The notes beneath the pieces are model-generated. The model did not search any database, had not been told where the DNA came from, and saw only the letters and a program-made list of their open reading frames with translations. DNA of 64,000 nt from the human T2T-CHM13v2.0 reference genome, Homo sapiens: assembly GCF_009914755.1 (NCBI RefSeq), contig NC_060932.1, one strand, 5' to 3'. The position numbers were made by a program, and so were the translations under genes. Shown piece after piece: positions 1 through 12,857 of the stretch. How positions within the stretch are numbered: the stretch's first letter is position 1; each line of letters opens with the position of its first letter.

Positions 1-134
1 CTTCCTTTGTCTTCTGCCATGATTGTGAGGCTTCCTCAGCCATGTGGAACTGTGAGTCTATTAAACCTCTTTCCTGTATAAATTACTCAGTCTTGGGTAT
101 GTCTTCATTAACAGCATGAGAACAGACTAATACA
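1..134 (+). mobile_element. THE1-family (ERVL-MaLR) LTR, 3' end, cut by the window edge
   Basis: ccatgattgtgagg...catgtggaactgtgagtc-attaaacctctt...cagcatgagaacagactaataca matches the THE1 LTR 3' end, with ATTAAA signal and terminal CA. Confidence 0.92.
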
Positions 135-153
135 TAAGAGCTAGCAATGTATT

Positions 154-209
154 AGTGGGTTTGAAGGAGATGGTATAGAAAAGTGGGTTTGGAGGAGATG
201 GTACAGAAA
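154..209. repeat. 28-bp tandem duplication (2 copies)
   Basis: agtgggtttgaaggagatggtatagaaa followed by agtgggtttggaggagatggtacagaaa; 2 mismatches. Confidence 0.9.
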
Positions 210-855
210 AAATTTTTAGAGGCAAAAGATAATATGTGAGAAGGCCCAGGGAGATTGTTGCCAGTATTATCAGAACCATTGGCAAATGATGCAGACTCAA
301 AATCAGACATCCTTTTCTTCCCATGGAAGAGTATTGTAACATCAGCACTTGGGCATTGGCAGCTTTTGTGAGGATAGCACAACAGTAGTGCTCTGGTGTG
401 TCCCTGGCATAGCTCTGGCCTGGATATCAGCAGTGGGAAAAAACATGGCTACAAGAGCCAAGGGGGACTAGAATGGTAGATGCCACATGGTAGGGAGTAG
501 AGAACCCCCTTGTTCTTGCAAGATTCTAGAATTTGTGGGGAGAAATTGAGGGATCTGAAGCTGGAGCTTTTCAAGAGCAAGTTTAACAGCAAAACCAGAA
601 AAAGAAATAGAAAACGGAATTGTAGAAACATAAGTTATAGATAAAAAATAAATTGATAGTACTTGTGTATTTTTTCAAAAAGCTTTCTTTCGAATTGATT
701 GTTTTCTTTACTCCAAACAGGAACATTTTAAGTTAGAGAGGGCAAGTGAATGAAGTGGGTCACAGAGTTAATGAATTACTGAATACTATAGGGACAATTA
801 ATGGCAAATGGGGGGATTTGAACACAGGACCCTTACTACACAGTTTATGGCTTCA

Positions 856-1135
856 TTTTGTTTGGTTTTTGAGATGAGGTGTCACTCTGTCACCCAGCCT
901 GGAGTGCAGTGGCACAATCATGGTTCACTGCAGCCTCAACTTCCCAGGCTCAAGCCATCTTCCCACCTCAGCCTCCGGAGTAGCACATGGCCACCACACC
1001 GATTTTTTTTTCTTTTTTTTTTTTTTTTTTGTAGAGACAGAGTCTCAGTATGTTGCCTAGGCTGGGCTCAAACAATCCTCACACCTCAGCCTCCCAAAGT
1101 GCTAGGATTACAGACATGAGCCACTGCGCCTAGCC
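856..1135 (-). mobile_element. Alu (AluJ-like, internally deleted)
   Basis: T-rich tail, then gagatgaggtgtcactctgtcacccagcctggagtgcagtggcacaatcatgg...cctcccaaagtgctaggattacagacatgagccactgcgcctagcc. Confidence 0.95.
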
Positions 1136-1477
1136 CAGCTTATGTTCTTTTAGACCAATCCTTGAAATACATAAAGGCAGATAGGAGAAGAGAGGGGAAG
1201 AGGAGAAAAGAGCAATGGATACAACTTGTTTGAAGAAAGGACAGTTTGCATCTCCCAGAACAGTAATATAACAAAGCCATATGTAGACATGCATTTTGAT
1301 AATAAATTTATTTTCATGCAGTCCAAAATAAACTTCAGTATATTTTTCAAGAAACTGTACTGCTTGCTTGTAGGAGAATAAATTAGTATGAACCTTCCAG
1401 TGGTACTTTCTGATTTAAACATCCTTAAAATCAGAATTTTAAGTACTTAAAAGCCTTAAATTCTGATGACCATACCA

Positions 1478-2005
1478 GTTGGTGTGCTTTGGGCTGTAAG
1501 TAACCGAAACCCCCAGTCAAGCTGTTTTGGACATGAGGAAATGGATTGCTCACGGAACTAGATGTGGAAAGGTTGAGCAAGTTGCTTTCTTAATTTAGTC
1601 CAGGGGCTCTACTTTTGATCTTTATGGCTGTCTTTCCCATGTGTGGGCTTTTCTGTCAGGCAAAGAATGAGGAGTTCTGGGGTTTCTGAGGTCTCATATC
1701 CATACCTACCAGAGCAAAAGAGGGAAGTCACTTCTGAATATCCACTCCAAAAATGATGAATAACTTTTTCTGAAGCTCCCGGTAAACTTTTCTTGCTCTC
1801 TCAGGATCCCAAGCCAGTCCTGAATCAAATATTGACAAAGGAAATATAATTGCTGATTAAAGTCGATCCTAGAGTTAGGGTGGGCTCAGTGTCTCCCATG
1901 GCAATTGGCTGCATGGATGAGAGATGGAAAACTAAAGAGAACTGAGACCCTTGTTAGGAAAGAGAAAGAAGAAAAAGGATATACTGACAACCAATAATGT
2001 CTACT
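1478..2005 (-). mobile_element. Ancient ERVL-class LTR (LTR33/MLT1-like), heavily diverged
   Basis: gctgtaagtaaccgaaacccccagtcaagctg...aggaaatggattgctcac and the ggatatactgacaaccaataatgtctact end resemble old ERVL/MaLR LTRs in reverse orientation. Confidence 0.45.
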
Positions 2006-2007
2006 GT

Positions 2008-2500
2008 CATGGCATTTGACCCCAAAATTTCACATCCAGAAGGTTATCCTAAGGAATTTTAATGCATGCTTATAAATGCTTAATAATTATGAGAATGTTT
2101 ATCACAGTCTTATTCATAACAATAAAATATCAGACATAACAAATGTTCAAAAATAAGGAGTTGATTAAATTTTGATAGAATATTGTAGTTGTAATATTGT
2201 ATGTATCTATTATATCTATAATATTTCTACATTCATAAAAATATGCTAGAGTTCTTTAAAGACTTGAAAAATGTGTTCACAAGACATTATTACATCAAAA
2301 AAGCCTACTTCAAAGAAATATGTTCAATTTTTTTAGGAAAAATACACTGTATGTTTAGGCAAAGAACTAAACAGATATATACTGAAATAAATGTTAACAA
2401 TTGTAAATTACATTTGAGTAATGGGAAGAAAAGATTTTTTTTCTGATGTTGGTATTTTCTAAATTTCTTATAATAAGCACATATTGTGAGGAAAAAATAG
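2008..2500 (+). mobile_element. Old L1 (L1M/L1ME) 3' fragment
   Basis: atttgaccccaaaatttcac...ttatcctaaggaa...aatgtttatcacagtcttattcataacaataaaa...aaatgttcaaaaataagg is typical of the L1M ORF2 end and 3' UTR. Confidence 0.7.
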
Positions 2501-2849
2501 TTATTATTTTAATGCCATGTAATGATATTTTGGGGTTTTATACTTAAATTCATATATAATATTTTTTTCTTTTTGGCCTGGTACTTCTTAGCCACTGCTG
2601 CTTGGAGTTATTACAGGTCAATTTGATATAGCTTAGGTCAACTCACTATGTGGAAAACTGTTCTGCTAGGCTGCTAGGTGAATTACCACAGCCAATCTAA
2701 GCAGCTGATGTGAAAACAAGACTTTTAGAGATCCTCAAATTAGGGTCATTCTAAAAATAAACCAAGTTATTTACAGATAATCTAGGCAGTTCACTATCAT
2801 GTGAGAGGTGAGATTCCTTCAAAGCTACTCATGAATTTACATTTAATGA

Positions 2850-3050
2850 TAATAACCATCATTTGTTGAAACTTATAATGTGACTGGCATTGGGTAAGGA
2901 CATTTATTAATATCCTTTGATTATATATTGCTAACCACATATTACTGATGAAGAATCAGGGGCTAAAGAGTTTAAGAAACATGAGATGGTTCACACAGAT
3001 GGTGGAACTGGAACTGAACCAGATCCTACTTACTGCAAAGCCTGTGGGCC
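2850..3050 (-). mobile_element. MIR fragment
   Basis: catttgttgaaacttataatgtgactggcattgg...actgatgaagaatcaggggctaaagagtttaag...ggttcacacagatggtggaactggaactgaaccaga. Confidence 0.7.
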
Positions 3051-3380
3051 TCTCCTATGGCCTTACTTCTCTCCAATCAAGCCATGTGAAATGCCTTCAT
3101 TCTACAACTCTCACCCATCTCAAGAAATACCACTTTTTATCACCCCAAACACGCCAACATTTCATGGATATGTTTTGAAAATATATAGATACATTGATAA
3201 TTTTATTAATAAAAACATTACATATGCTGAAATTTAAATATTGTTCATAAAAACTGTGGTCCAAAATGCCTTCGTTAAACAGATGTCCCCCTAAATGGAC
3301 AAATAATCACGAACACATTTCTAATACGGAATCTGCCTTTCAACAGCATGCATTATTTCCACAGAATAAAACCTGAAGTA

Positions 3381-3824
3381 CACTTAACCCTTGAACAACA
3401 CAGGCTTCAACTGCACGTGTCTGCATATACGCAGGTTTTCTTTCTGTCTACCATCCCACCCCGGACACAGCAAGAGCAGCCCCTTTTCCTCCTCCTCGTC
3501 AGCCTGCTCAGTATGAAGACCACAAAGCTGAGGACCTTTATGATGATCCACTTCTATCTAATGAATAATAAATATTTTTTCTTTTCCTTATGATTTTCTT
3601 ACTAACATTTTCTTTTCTCTAGCTTATTTATTGTAATAATATAGTATATAATACATATAACATACAAAATATATGTCAAACAACTATTTATGTTATCAGT
3701 AAGGCTTCCAGTCAACAATAGGTTATTAACAGTTAAATTTTGGGGGAGTCAACAGTTATACGTAGATATTCAACTGCATACGGAGCCAGGATGCCTAATC
3801 CTCATGCTGTTCAAGGGCCGACTG
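3381..3824. mobile_element. Tigger2a/MER28-type TcMar-Tigger MITE, full length
   Basis: Terminal inverted repeats cacttaacccttgaacaaca and tgctgttcaagggccgactg; TA on both sides (3379-3380, 3825-3826); internal ttttgggggagtcaacagttatacgtagat motif. Confidence 0.9.
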
Positions 3825-4865
3825 TAATCCATTATGGAGAATTATTTTTCCTAGGCTAAATCATGGCCATATGAGTAGGGCTTCCAATCTAGTCTCTCCC
3901 ATCAGATATAAACAATTTGGAAAGAGTCTGTGGATATGCTTGAATCAAAGATCTGAGCCAAGGAATGAGCAGTGGGCTTAAAATATACAGGAAAACTGAA
4001 AATGAAAAAAATACATTAACTTGGCCTGTGATAGTCCTCTTCTTTTCTGTGGAATATCAAGAAATTTCTGGCAGTTTACTATCCAAGAGAGATTATCCTT
4101 CAGTTCAAATACCCTTCACACATATTCATTATTTATAATAATACTTCACTATAGATTGTTCTGACAAAGTGAAGTACCTTATGTATTAACTTTTTCTGTG
4201 GGGAAAAAGCCAATTTACACAAATATATAAAAATCCATATAATAAAAATGTATTCTAGTCATTGAGTACTTTCTCACATAGAAAAATAATCTCCCATATA
4301 TTCCTCTACTATACAGGATCACATCATTGGAATATAATTGCAATATATTCATTACAACACTTAGCAGACTATTCTCCCAAGTGCTGTCCCACTCATGTTC
4401 CTTCTTCACACAGAAATGATCAGTTCATTTAATGATGGAATTAATATATATTTTTGGCACCTCATCTTCATGATTTCACTCTTGGATCTTACCTTTTAAA
4501 AATGTTATTTAAAGTAGGAAATAAAACAAGGGATTTCCTCTCCTAAGGAAGAAATGCTTTGATGATGTTTCCATCTAGTATAAATCAAGTCAAACCTGTA
4601 TGATATTTACAAAGAATTCACATATCACATTAAGCTCTTTGTTTGCTGACTTGTCCTGCTATATCATGCACAAAAACTTTGTTCTTCAGCCCACAGAATG
4701 GAAGCCAGTAGAGTCACAACTTGCATGAAGAGCAAAAACTTCTTTCCTATAGGAATGGGTAGGAGACTCCATATCTCATACAACAGAAGTAACTGCAGAA
4801 GGTAGATAGTCTCTCACTTGGGAATGGAGGATGTGCTACCTGACAGTCAAAGTAAATTCTCCTAC

Positions 4866-4995
4866 AATAATGTTGCATTTATTTACTTACATACTTGATT
4901 GTACCTACTAAACTAGAATCTCTTTGAGAACAATAATCATGTTTAAATCATCCTTGATCTCTATTACATAGCATGGAGATTCGATACATTATTTA
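4866..4995 (+). mobile_element. L2 3'-end fragment
   Basis: ttgcatttatttacttac...aaactagaatctctttgagaacaataatcatgttt...acatagcatgg. Confidence 0.55.
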
Positions 4996-5477
4996 AATAC
5001 TCCAGGAAAATATCAATTTGTGATCCCCACAAGAAGGCAAAACTTCAGTTGCCACGGATCAACAAAATGGATCAAGATGTCAAAAATAAGGCCACACCCT
5101 TTTCTTCCCTGTAGAACTTGGAACCTTAAAAGGAATCTCTGCAACAAGTTCATATAACCTTTTACCCAGGCAAAACATTTTACAGGTACATGCCCTCTTT
5201 CTCCCCAGACTATATACAGACCCATTTATCTCTCACACACTCAAAGACACTCCCGACAGGGAGTACCCTCTTTGCACCTTGACAACTCCAATTCCTCCAT
5301 GACTTGGTACCTGCCTGCCTCTGCAACCACATTGCCAGCTGGTCATCTTTTCAGGACTCAGTTACCTCCTCTCTGTATAGTTTCCAGCCCCATACTCTGT
5401 TCAGAAAATTTAATCCCTTCCTTTTTTTAGGCCTTCACTCTTCTATGTCTTCTGTCCAGTATATTACAGTAGCTATA

Positions 5478-5612
5478 ACAATATTGCATTTCTTTATTTA
5501 CTTATTAATGTCCCTATTAAACTAGAATCTCTTTGAAAACAAGAAGCAATATAAGTACTGTGTACTTAGTGCATAGTACTTACCCAATAGATGTTTGATA
5601 AATGAATGATAG
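5478..5612 (+). mobile_element. L2 3'-end fragment
   Basis: aaactagaatctctttgaaaacaag...tagtgcatagtacttacccaatagatgtttgataaatgaatga, including the L2 tail. Confidence 0.65.
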
Positions 5613-5617
5613 ATAAA

Positions 5618-5740
5618 TGAGAGAAAGTCAAGATTAGGGAAATTAAACTTGCCCAAGGTCTCAAAGTGCCTGGGGCAGAACTAGAACCATGTGACCCCAT
5701 CTGCCTGACTCTAAAACTCACACCCATTCCACTGTATCCA
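5618..5740 (-). mobile_element. MIR fragment
   Basis: gggaaattaaacttgcccaaggtctcaaag...ggcagaactagaacc...tctgcctgactctaaa. Confidence 0.75.
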
Positions 5741-8209
5741 ACAGATTGGATAAAAAATGGTTTTTTTCTTCCACATCAAAAGGATTGCTCAATTCAGTGT
5801 TATGACATTAAAGGAATTTCACGTATCACCTGGGTTCAGCAGCTCAGTGGATTCCAGTAAACACAACTCCTTCCTCTACTCCCTCTCCACCCTCAAGATA
5901 GCTTTCTTAAGTCACACTTTGTGACACCAATTGAAAGAAAGCAAGGGCCACAGGAGACAGACCTGACAACAACCCCACTCTACAATCCCTGGGGTGGCCA
6001 CCTCCCAGTCCACAGAATGCTGCCCACCCAGAGCTCCATTCCCTGTGGTCCCTCCTGCCTATTGCCTATTCTATCACTGAGTGCTGCTTTGTCACCTCCT
6101 TGCTCTAGCACCCTGCAAGGCCTCCAAATCTCCTGAGCACTGACTACCACTCAGTACCTCCTTCCCCAGGCTTCCATCAATGGCTTCTTTTCTGATACTG
6201 CCTCAAGCTCAGCCTGGCCCCTTTTGGAGCCTGGGATTCAGATAGCTGCATTTCCAAATAGACCAAGAACCGTGAAAACAAATAACATTTATCAAGTTGT
6301 TGGGTTTTTTTTGTTTTTTTTTTTTGTAGCATTTGAAGAATCATTGTGTTGTCTAGCAGCCATAAAAATCTATTTCTTTTTGTAAACCAACATTTAAATT
6401 AAGAAACAAAGGCATATCTTTTCAAAATCATGTATAACCCCATATTCCAACAGAGCAAAGCTCATTTATAAATATGCAAAAAGACTAAAAATGGTTGAAA
6501 TGAGACTTCGACTATGTTCTCTCCCTCCCCCACCAACTGATACTCCAAGGAGAAGCTACCCGATCCTGATGTTTACAGAATGACATCCATCACACAGGTA
6601 ATTACTCATCCATCTCAATCCTTCCTTTTAAGTTTGCCCTTAAGAAGCCTGTGATCTCCCAAGTCAAGGGCCTCAGTAAAATCAATAAAACCTCGTCCTA
6701 TCAGGCCACAAGCCAGATCATTTTCCACCTTTTAACAAGGCAGTGGTTATTAAATGCTTTGTTTGAAAACCCAAGTGGGGTGATCAGACTTTCATGATGA
6801 GAATAATCCATCAATTGTACATGTGCTATCTGTTGAGTGTCTTTGATATGAATGATAAAATAGGCAATGGCATATAGTTTTTCAATATCGGAACATGTTC
6901 TCCTTTTTCACATTGGGGTTGCGGCATAGCAAAGGGAATTTCATGACTGGAGAAAGCTTGTTAAGAGAGAAAAGAATTTCATTGCATTATTTCAGTCAAT
7001 GCATAAGATACGCTGTTGGTTCCAACTTTGAAAGCTAAGCTCCAAGCTGTCAGTGGCTTCTTTAGTTCTTAACTCAGCTATTCAATGACCAGATTTTGAA
7101 ACCTGTAAATTTGCAGTAGGATACACCTTATCATAATAATTAATGTCATACTTTTTCATTAGTTGGATTCTGGCCCTGAATTTGTAGGGGGATTGAGATC
7201 TCAGATCACACAAATTTAAAAGTGTCAGTTGATGTTAGATTCTTCTTCAAATCTTCTTCAATACCAAACAATCATAAAATAACAACCACACAGAAAAAGC
7301 CATACAAATATACTTTTTGTGCATGTCTGTGAAAATAAATCTGTCCTTCAATACATTTCTGGCATCATAATTGCTAAAGTCTCATATTCCGACACTGTCA
7401 GACATCAGTGAATGATAAAAAGAATCTATCACTTGACAAATGGAAGATCTTCTTTCTTCTTTCTGTATTCTGTTTGATTTAGTTAGGGAAGCATTTTAGG
7501 GTTATGCATTTTCCACTTAAATCTAATCATTTTTATTGTTTCACATTAATGATGAAATTAAAAGGAGACAATTTCAAAACCCTACTGTATTATTCCAGAT
7601 TTACAGAATCAACAAATTCAAATTTCAATTTATGACCATTTCCAGTAAGAGATGATTATCTGGCATCCTACCAACTAAAAATGCCTATTAAGCCAGCACT
7701 CCTGCACTTTATCAGGGCCAAGATGATTGAAATGGTGGTGGGAATCCTGAGAAACAGCACAATTTTGAAGTGTCTTCAAATTTATTAAATGAAGATTAAA
7801 TATACTTATATAACTTTGATACTTTTAATGTTCTAATTCTTTGAAATTAAGTAAACCTCAAATGGCTTATGTGGTTATCTCAATTTACCAGATTGCCCCA
7901 AACACTTATTTCTACAATCTAAGGGTATAACAGAGAGTGAGCTGTTCTATTCTTTCCTGGCCCCTCAGAAATAAGCACTGGCATCTGGGCCAAAATGAAT
8001 GAGGCCACAGAGTCAATGAAGACATGACTGCACTTTGCATCTTCTGCTTAGTCCTGTTCCCCTTGTTTTTATTGGAATTTATTTAGAGAGAAGATGATTT
8101 AGAGGAAGAAATTAAATGGGTCAGCTTCAGCCAGCTTACATTCCCCTTGTTATGAGTAATAACAGAAGAAAAATAGTGGTGAGGAGGATAATGTGAATAA
8201 TCACAAGCC

Positions 8210-8650
8210 TTTTATTTATGGATTTAGGTTTACTTTACAAAGCACTCTCAGTATACTATCCCATTTATCTCTCGAAGCCATGCTCTGGGGTGGGAGATGC
8301 TGTGGTGCAGAACACCAGCTCCATGTAGGCAGATGTACCTCTTTCCAAATCCCCTGATCTGTCACTGGCTGTATGACCCTGGACAAGATACTTAATATTC
8401 TCCACCTTAGTTTCTACTTACTTCATAAGGTTGATGCAAGGATAAGTGAGATTATGATTAGGGCAATTACTAAGATTCACAGAGCACTGACTGTATGCAC
8501 AGTGATTTCACGCATTTTCTTATCTAAGCTGTGCATTCCCCAAAAGCTACTATTATTGTTATCTCTATTTTATCAGTGTGGGAACTGAGTCATAGAAAAG
8601 TTCATGACTTGCCTGTCACTTGCCTAAATCAGTGGAAGTTTGGATCCTCC
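8210..8650. mobile_element. Cluster of three MIR fragments in both orientations
   Basis: ctttacaaagcactctc...ccatttat (-); ggctgtatgaccctggacaagatacttaat...ccttagtttc (+); ctattttatcagtgtgggaactgagtcatagaaaagttcatgacttgcc (-). Confidence 0.7.
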
Positions 8651-8739
8651 ACTGTTGGCCTAGGACTGATATAGCTCACCTTCCTGCTCCAAGACAATAG
8701 CCTTCTTCAAGCCCCTTTCACCTGCCTCCTTCCTTCTCC

Positions 8740-9095
8740 CATGAGCCTCTGCACCTGCACTTTCCTCCCTTCTCTGCCTTGTTGGTGCCTACACCTTCTC
8801 CAGGTCTCCATTTGGGAGTCACTTCCTCAGGGGAGACTTCCCCAAGCTCCCTTGTGGTCAAATCCTACATTAGAAGCTCCCGTTACACAAGTCCCTTTAC
8901 AGTAGAATGCAGTTCTCTTTGAAATTTTACTCTTCTTTGTTGGATTACAACTGTGACGGACTGCCTCCTCCACCAGTCTGTAAGTGCCTGAGACAGACCC
9001 CATGTGAGTTCCACTTACCATATCCTCTCAGCACCTAACACTCCCTGGCACAAAGGAGGGCACAATCATGTTTTTTAAAGAATTGTGAATGAATA
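8740..9095 (+). mobile_element. L2 3' end
   Basis: gtcacttcctcaggggagacttccc...ccaccagtctgtaagtgcctgag...cagcacctaacactccctggcaca...gtgaatgaat. Confidence 0.8.
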
Positions 9096-9134
9096 TACTA
9101 AGAGCATAATACATTTTGGCTCATATTTTGTCCA

Positions 9135-9240
9135 CCCCAGTTTGCTGATGAAGAAATTAAGGCTCAGCGAGGTTAACCAAGCTTCCCAAGGTTACCCAGC
9201 TGGTGTACTCTAAATCAGACTCACAATGAAGTCTATGGGC
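9135..9240 (-). mobile_element. MIR core fragment
   Basis: ccccagtttgctgatgaagaaattaaggctcagcgaggttaacc...cccaaggttacccagctgg. Confidence 0.8.
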
Positions 9241-9299
9241 TCTTTGCAAGGCTCTTACAGTCATACTCAATTATTTTCTAACTAAATAACAAATATAGA

Positions 9300-9768
9300 T
9301 GTGACAGGCAGAATAGGCCCCCTCAAGATGTCCAAGGCCTAATCTCCAGAACTGGTGAATTTGTTACCTTGCATGGCAAAATGGATGCTGCAGATGTGAG
9401 CAAGCTAGGGATCGTGAGATGGGGAGGTTATCCTGGATTATCAAGGAAGGACTAATGTAATTACAAGTGCTCTAATAAGAGGGAGGCAGGAGGATCTGAT
9501 TCAGGGAAGGAGGTGTAACGGCAAGGAGAGGTCCTCATGACCAGGAGCCAAGGCATGTGAGAAACCTCTCGAGGACGGCAAAGGCAACGAACAGATTCTT
9601 CCCTGGGGTCTCCAGAAGGAAGGAAGCCCTGCCGACACCTTGCTTTTAGCCATATAAGACCTAACCTCGGACTTCTGACCTGCAGAACATTAATAAATTT
9701 ATATTGTATTGTTTTGGATCACTAAATTTGTGGTAAATTGTTAACACCAGCAATAGTAAACTAATACA
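9300..9768 (+). mobile_element. MLT1D-like MaLR solo LTR
   Basis: Starts tgtgacaggcagaataggccccctcaagatgtcc; contains gagatggggaggttatcctggattatc; ends ttgtggtaaattgttaacaccagcaatagtaaactaataca. Confidence 0.9.
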
Positions 9769-11749
9769 GATGTTAATGACCTTGGATCCATTGGTAAGGT
9801 TGTCTGCATGGTAATGTAATAATAAAATGTCATGGATGTTATGCTGCAAGTTCAAGCTCAGTGGATAGATACAAACAATACACTACAATAAAGGACCTCC
9901 TGTTGAACTCAATCTATCCAATTAGTTGTTTGAGCCAGGTATTTCAAACAAACAAACAAACAAAAATTCTATTCTTTAGTCTCTAACCCTGAAAAATCTA
10001 AATTTAAAAAAAGAATTCATGATTAATCCCATATTCTTTTTTTTCCATGAGATAGTCCAATGTATTGGGGAAAATCCGTGACTGAAAGGCAGATTTTGAT
10101 TTAAGGCCCACTCATCTTCTTTTAACCATGTGACATTAGGCCATGCACTTTCTCTCTCTTTCTTCATTTTATTTTGAAAGAAACTGAAAGGCATACTTTG
10201 AAGCTACTTCCCAAATATACCATTCTATGATTTTATCATATTACTATTTGGCCTGAGAAACTTCATCTTTTCAATTAAGAAGTCTTGCTATGTTCTAATC
10301 TATCCCTCCCAACATATGCCACTCCAGGGTTCTTCTTGCATACTACCCCACAATGAAACTAAAATTCATTCTGCAGGCATGTGCAACATTTATAGTTCAT
10401 GAAGATTACAAAAGAGTTGAGAGTTCAATCTGCCATAGGTCATTGTATATGAGTTCAGAATCTTCACCAAGCCGGGTGTTAGAACATGGCTGTACTCTGA
10501 GTCTGCCCCTAATGTGTGGGAAAATTCTGCGTAGATCAAGAACCCTCATTAACTACCCTTAACTTACAGGTATATTAATAACTAATAAAGCATGATTTTT
10601 AAAAGCCTACAATTTTATCAATGAAATATACATACTTCCTATCATTTAGATTGCTTTTAGTATTTATCATTTTAAAGACTCAGACAAGAGAATAAGAAAT
10701 GTAAGAGAAAGTGATCAGAAGAAGCACATGGGAGAAGGGTTTACAAATAAGTCCTTGGCCTTTTCTCCGCTGGAGACCTGTAAATATAAAAAGATTTAGA
10801 ACAATCAAAATCAGAGATGCTACTGGCGTCACCACGTGCCTGCTGACAGACAGATAATTTTGCTAATATACTCAGTGGAACTGGAAAAATTGAAAAATCT
10901 ATTCTCTGTATATTGTAATGGCTCAAGCAATGAAAAATTTATATTAGTATTGATAATGACATCCTTGGAACAAGAAAGACGCAGGGGCTGGAAGCACACT
11001 GTACTTTTAAAAATCACACCAGGGTTTGTTTCTGGAAAGACATAATTCCTGTCTTAACTAGTGCTTTTGTGACTTATCTTCATTATGTAATACATAGGAT
11101 AAAGAGATATATAAGACAAGAACACTAGTAAGCTAACGGTAACAAAACAAATGGCCTTCTTTCCAAATAGATATTTTTCAAAATGTTGTATTTCTAAATA
11201 CATACCAACCAGCATTATTAATGTATGGGGATATGTATAGCTCTTTATCATTACAGAAATGGCTTATGATTGGCTCTGAAATGGAGTGTCTAAGAGACCT
11301 GTTTCACAGCTGTCTCTAGGACTAGAGTCTCCTTTAGAAGTTCTCCTGAGCAGTTGATCAGGGAATAGACTCATCAGTTGAGAAACACCACCATGCCAAA
11401 CCTATTCTCATGTTCTCAGTGGAGGCAGACAAAGCAGCTGTGAGGTTCAGCCTCAGTTGTGAGGTTCCCTACACAATTACTGGGTTACAGAATTGTAGGG
11501 AAGGTAGGCCAAGAGTTTCTGAAAAGGAAAAGTAGATGGAAAAAGTGAGTCATTGGCAAAAGCTCAAGTTATATAATTTCCCTAGCAATGGCTCAAAAAA
11601 CTGGAAGGATTTTTTAACCTGAATCCAAATGTTTATTAAGTTCATTGGCTAGGCTAATATTTATTAAGTGTCTATGATGGGCCAATATAGACTAAGAGTG
11701 GTAGGTTAGAGGAAGGGTTGGAAGGGGTTTATGCAAAAAGAGAATAAGT

Positions 11750-12268
11750 AGTGGTTTGCTATGGTAGCCTTGTGGTATTCACACCTGCGTACAGTCCTTC
11801 ACACATGGAGTTAGAGTTAGCTGTGTGGTCAATAGACATGTGGTGGGAATAATGGTATGTTACTTCTGAGGCTAGTTCATACAATAAAACATTATGGCTT
11901 CAGCCTTGGTCTTTTGGATCACTCATTATGGGGAAAGCCAGCCACCATGTTATAAGGACACTCAACAGTCCTGTGGACAGAGCCACATGGAGAGCTGCAG
12001 AAGCCCCAGCCAGGAGCCAGCACTAATTTGCCAGTTATGCAAGTGGGCCACCTTGGAAGTGCCTCTTCCAGCACCAGCAAGCTTTCAGATGACTGCAGGC
12101 TCAGCCAATATCTGACTGCACATTCATGAGAGATGCTAAGTCAAAACTGCTTTGTCAAGACCGTCCTGAATTCCTAGCCCACAGAAACTGTACAAGAAAA
12201 TAAGCCATTGTTCTTTTAAGTCACTAATTTTGGGGATGATTTGCTACACTTTAATAAATAGTGAATAC
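11750..12268 (+). mobile_element. MLT1F-like MaLR solo LTR
   Basis: tacttctgaggctag...ggatcactcattatggggaaagccagccaccatgtt...ctttcagatgactgcag...gaattcctagcccacagaaactgt...aagtcactaattttggggatgatttgctacac. Confidence 0.88.
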
Positions 12269-12301
12269 TTTTAAATGGATGTCATGAGTTTAAGCAGACC
12301 T

Positions 12302-12460
12302 AGGAGGCAATCTAACATAGTGTTTAGGAACAGAGTTACTGGAGTTACACATTCCTCTTGCATTGGAATCCTGAGTGATTCTCCAAGTTATTTCACCTTT
12401 CTAGACTTCAGTTTCTTCATCTGCAGAATATGGATAATAATAGTGGCTATCTACCACATT
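12302..12460 (+). mobile_element. MIR fragment
   Basis: ggaggcaatctaacatagtgtttaggaac...caagttatttcaccttctagacttcagtttcttcatctgcagaatatggataataatagt. Confidence 0.8.
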
Positions 12461-12857
12461 GCTGAACTATATAATTCTCCATAATTTATTCAAACTCTCA
12501 AATTCTGGATGACAGAATATATGCATGTATGTGTGTGTTTACATATTGATTTTATCTATACTTATATAGAGAAGAGAAGAGTGACACTGTTTATTAAGTG
12601 CTGACTCTATGTTGGCTCCTGGGCTAACAAGCATTCATACACATTAGACTGCCTTTGAGTAAGATGTGTTACTTGATATCAGTTGGGATTGTATCACTTA
12701 AAAACTCTCTGTTTTTAGAAGAATTGGTCCAAGGTGAAAGTTGTATGATAAAAGCTACTGAATTGTAATCAAGTTCTATTGCAGCAAATTAATCTTTGAA
12801 CAAAAGCTGGGAAGTATTTTCATAAACCAGAAACCAAAGAGAAAACTTTATTATAAC

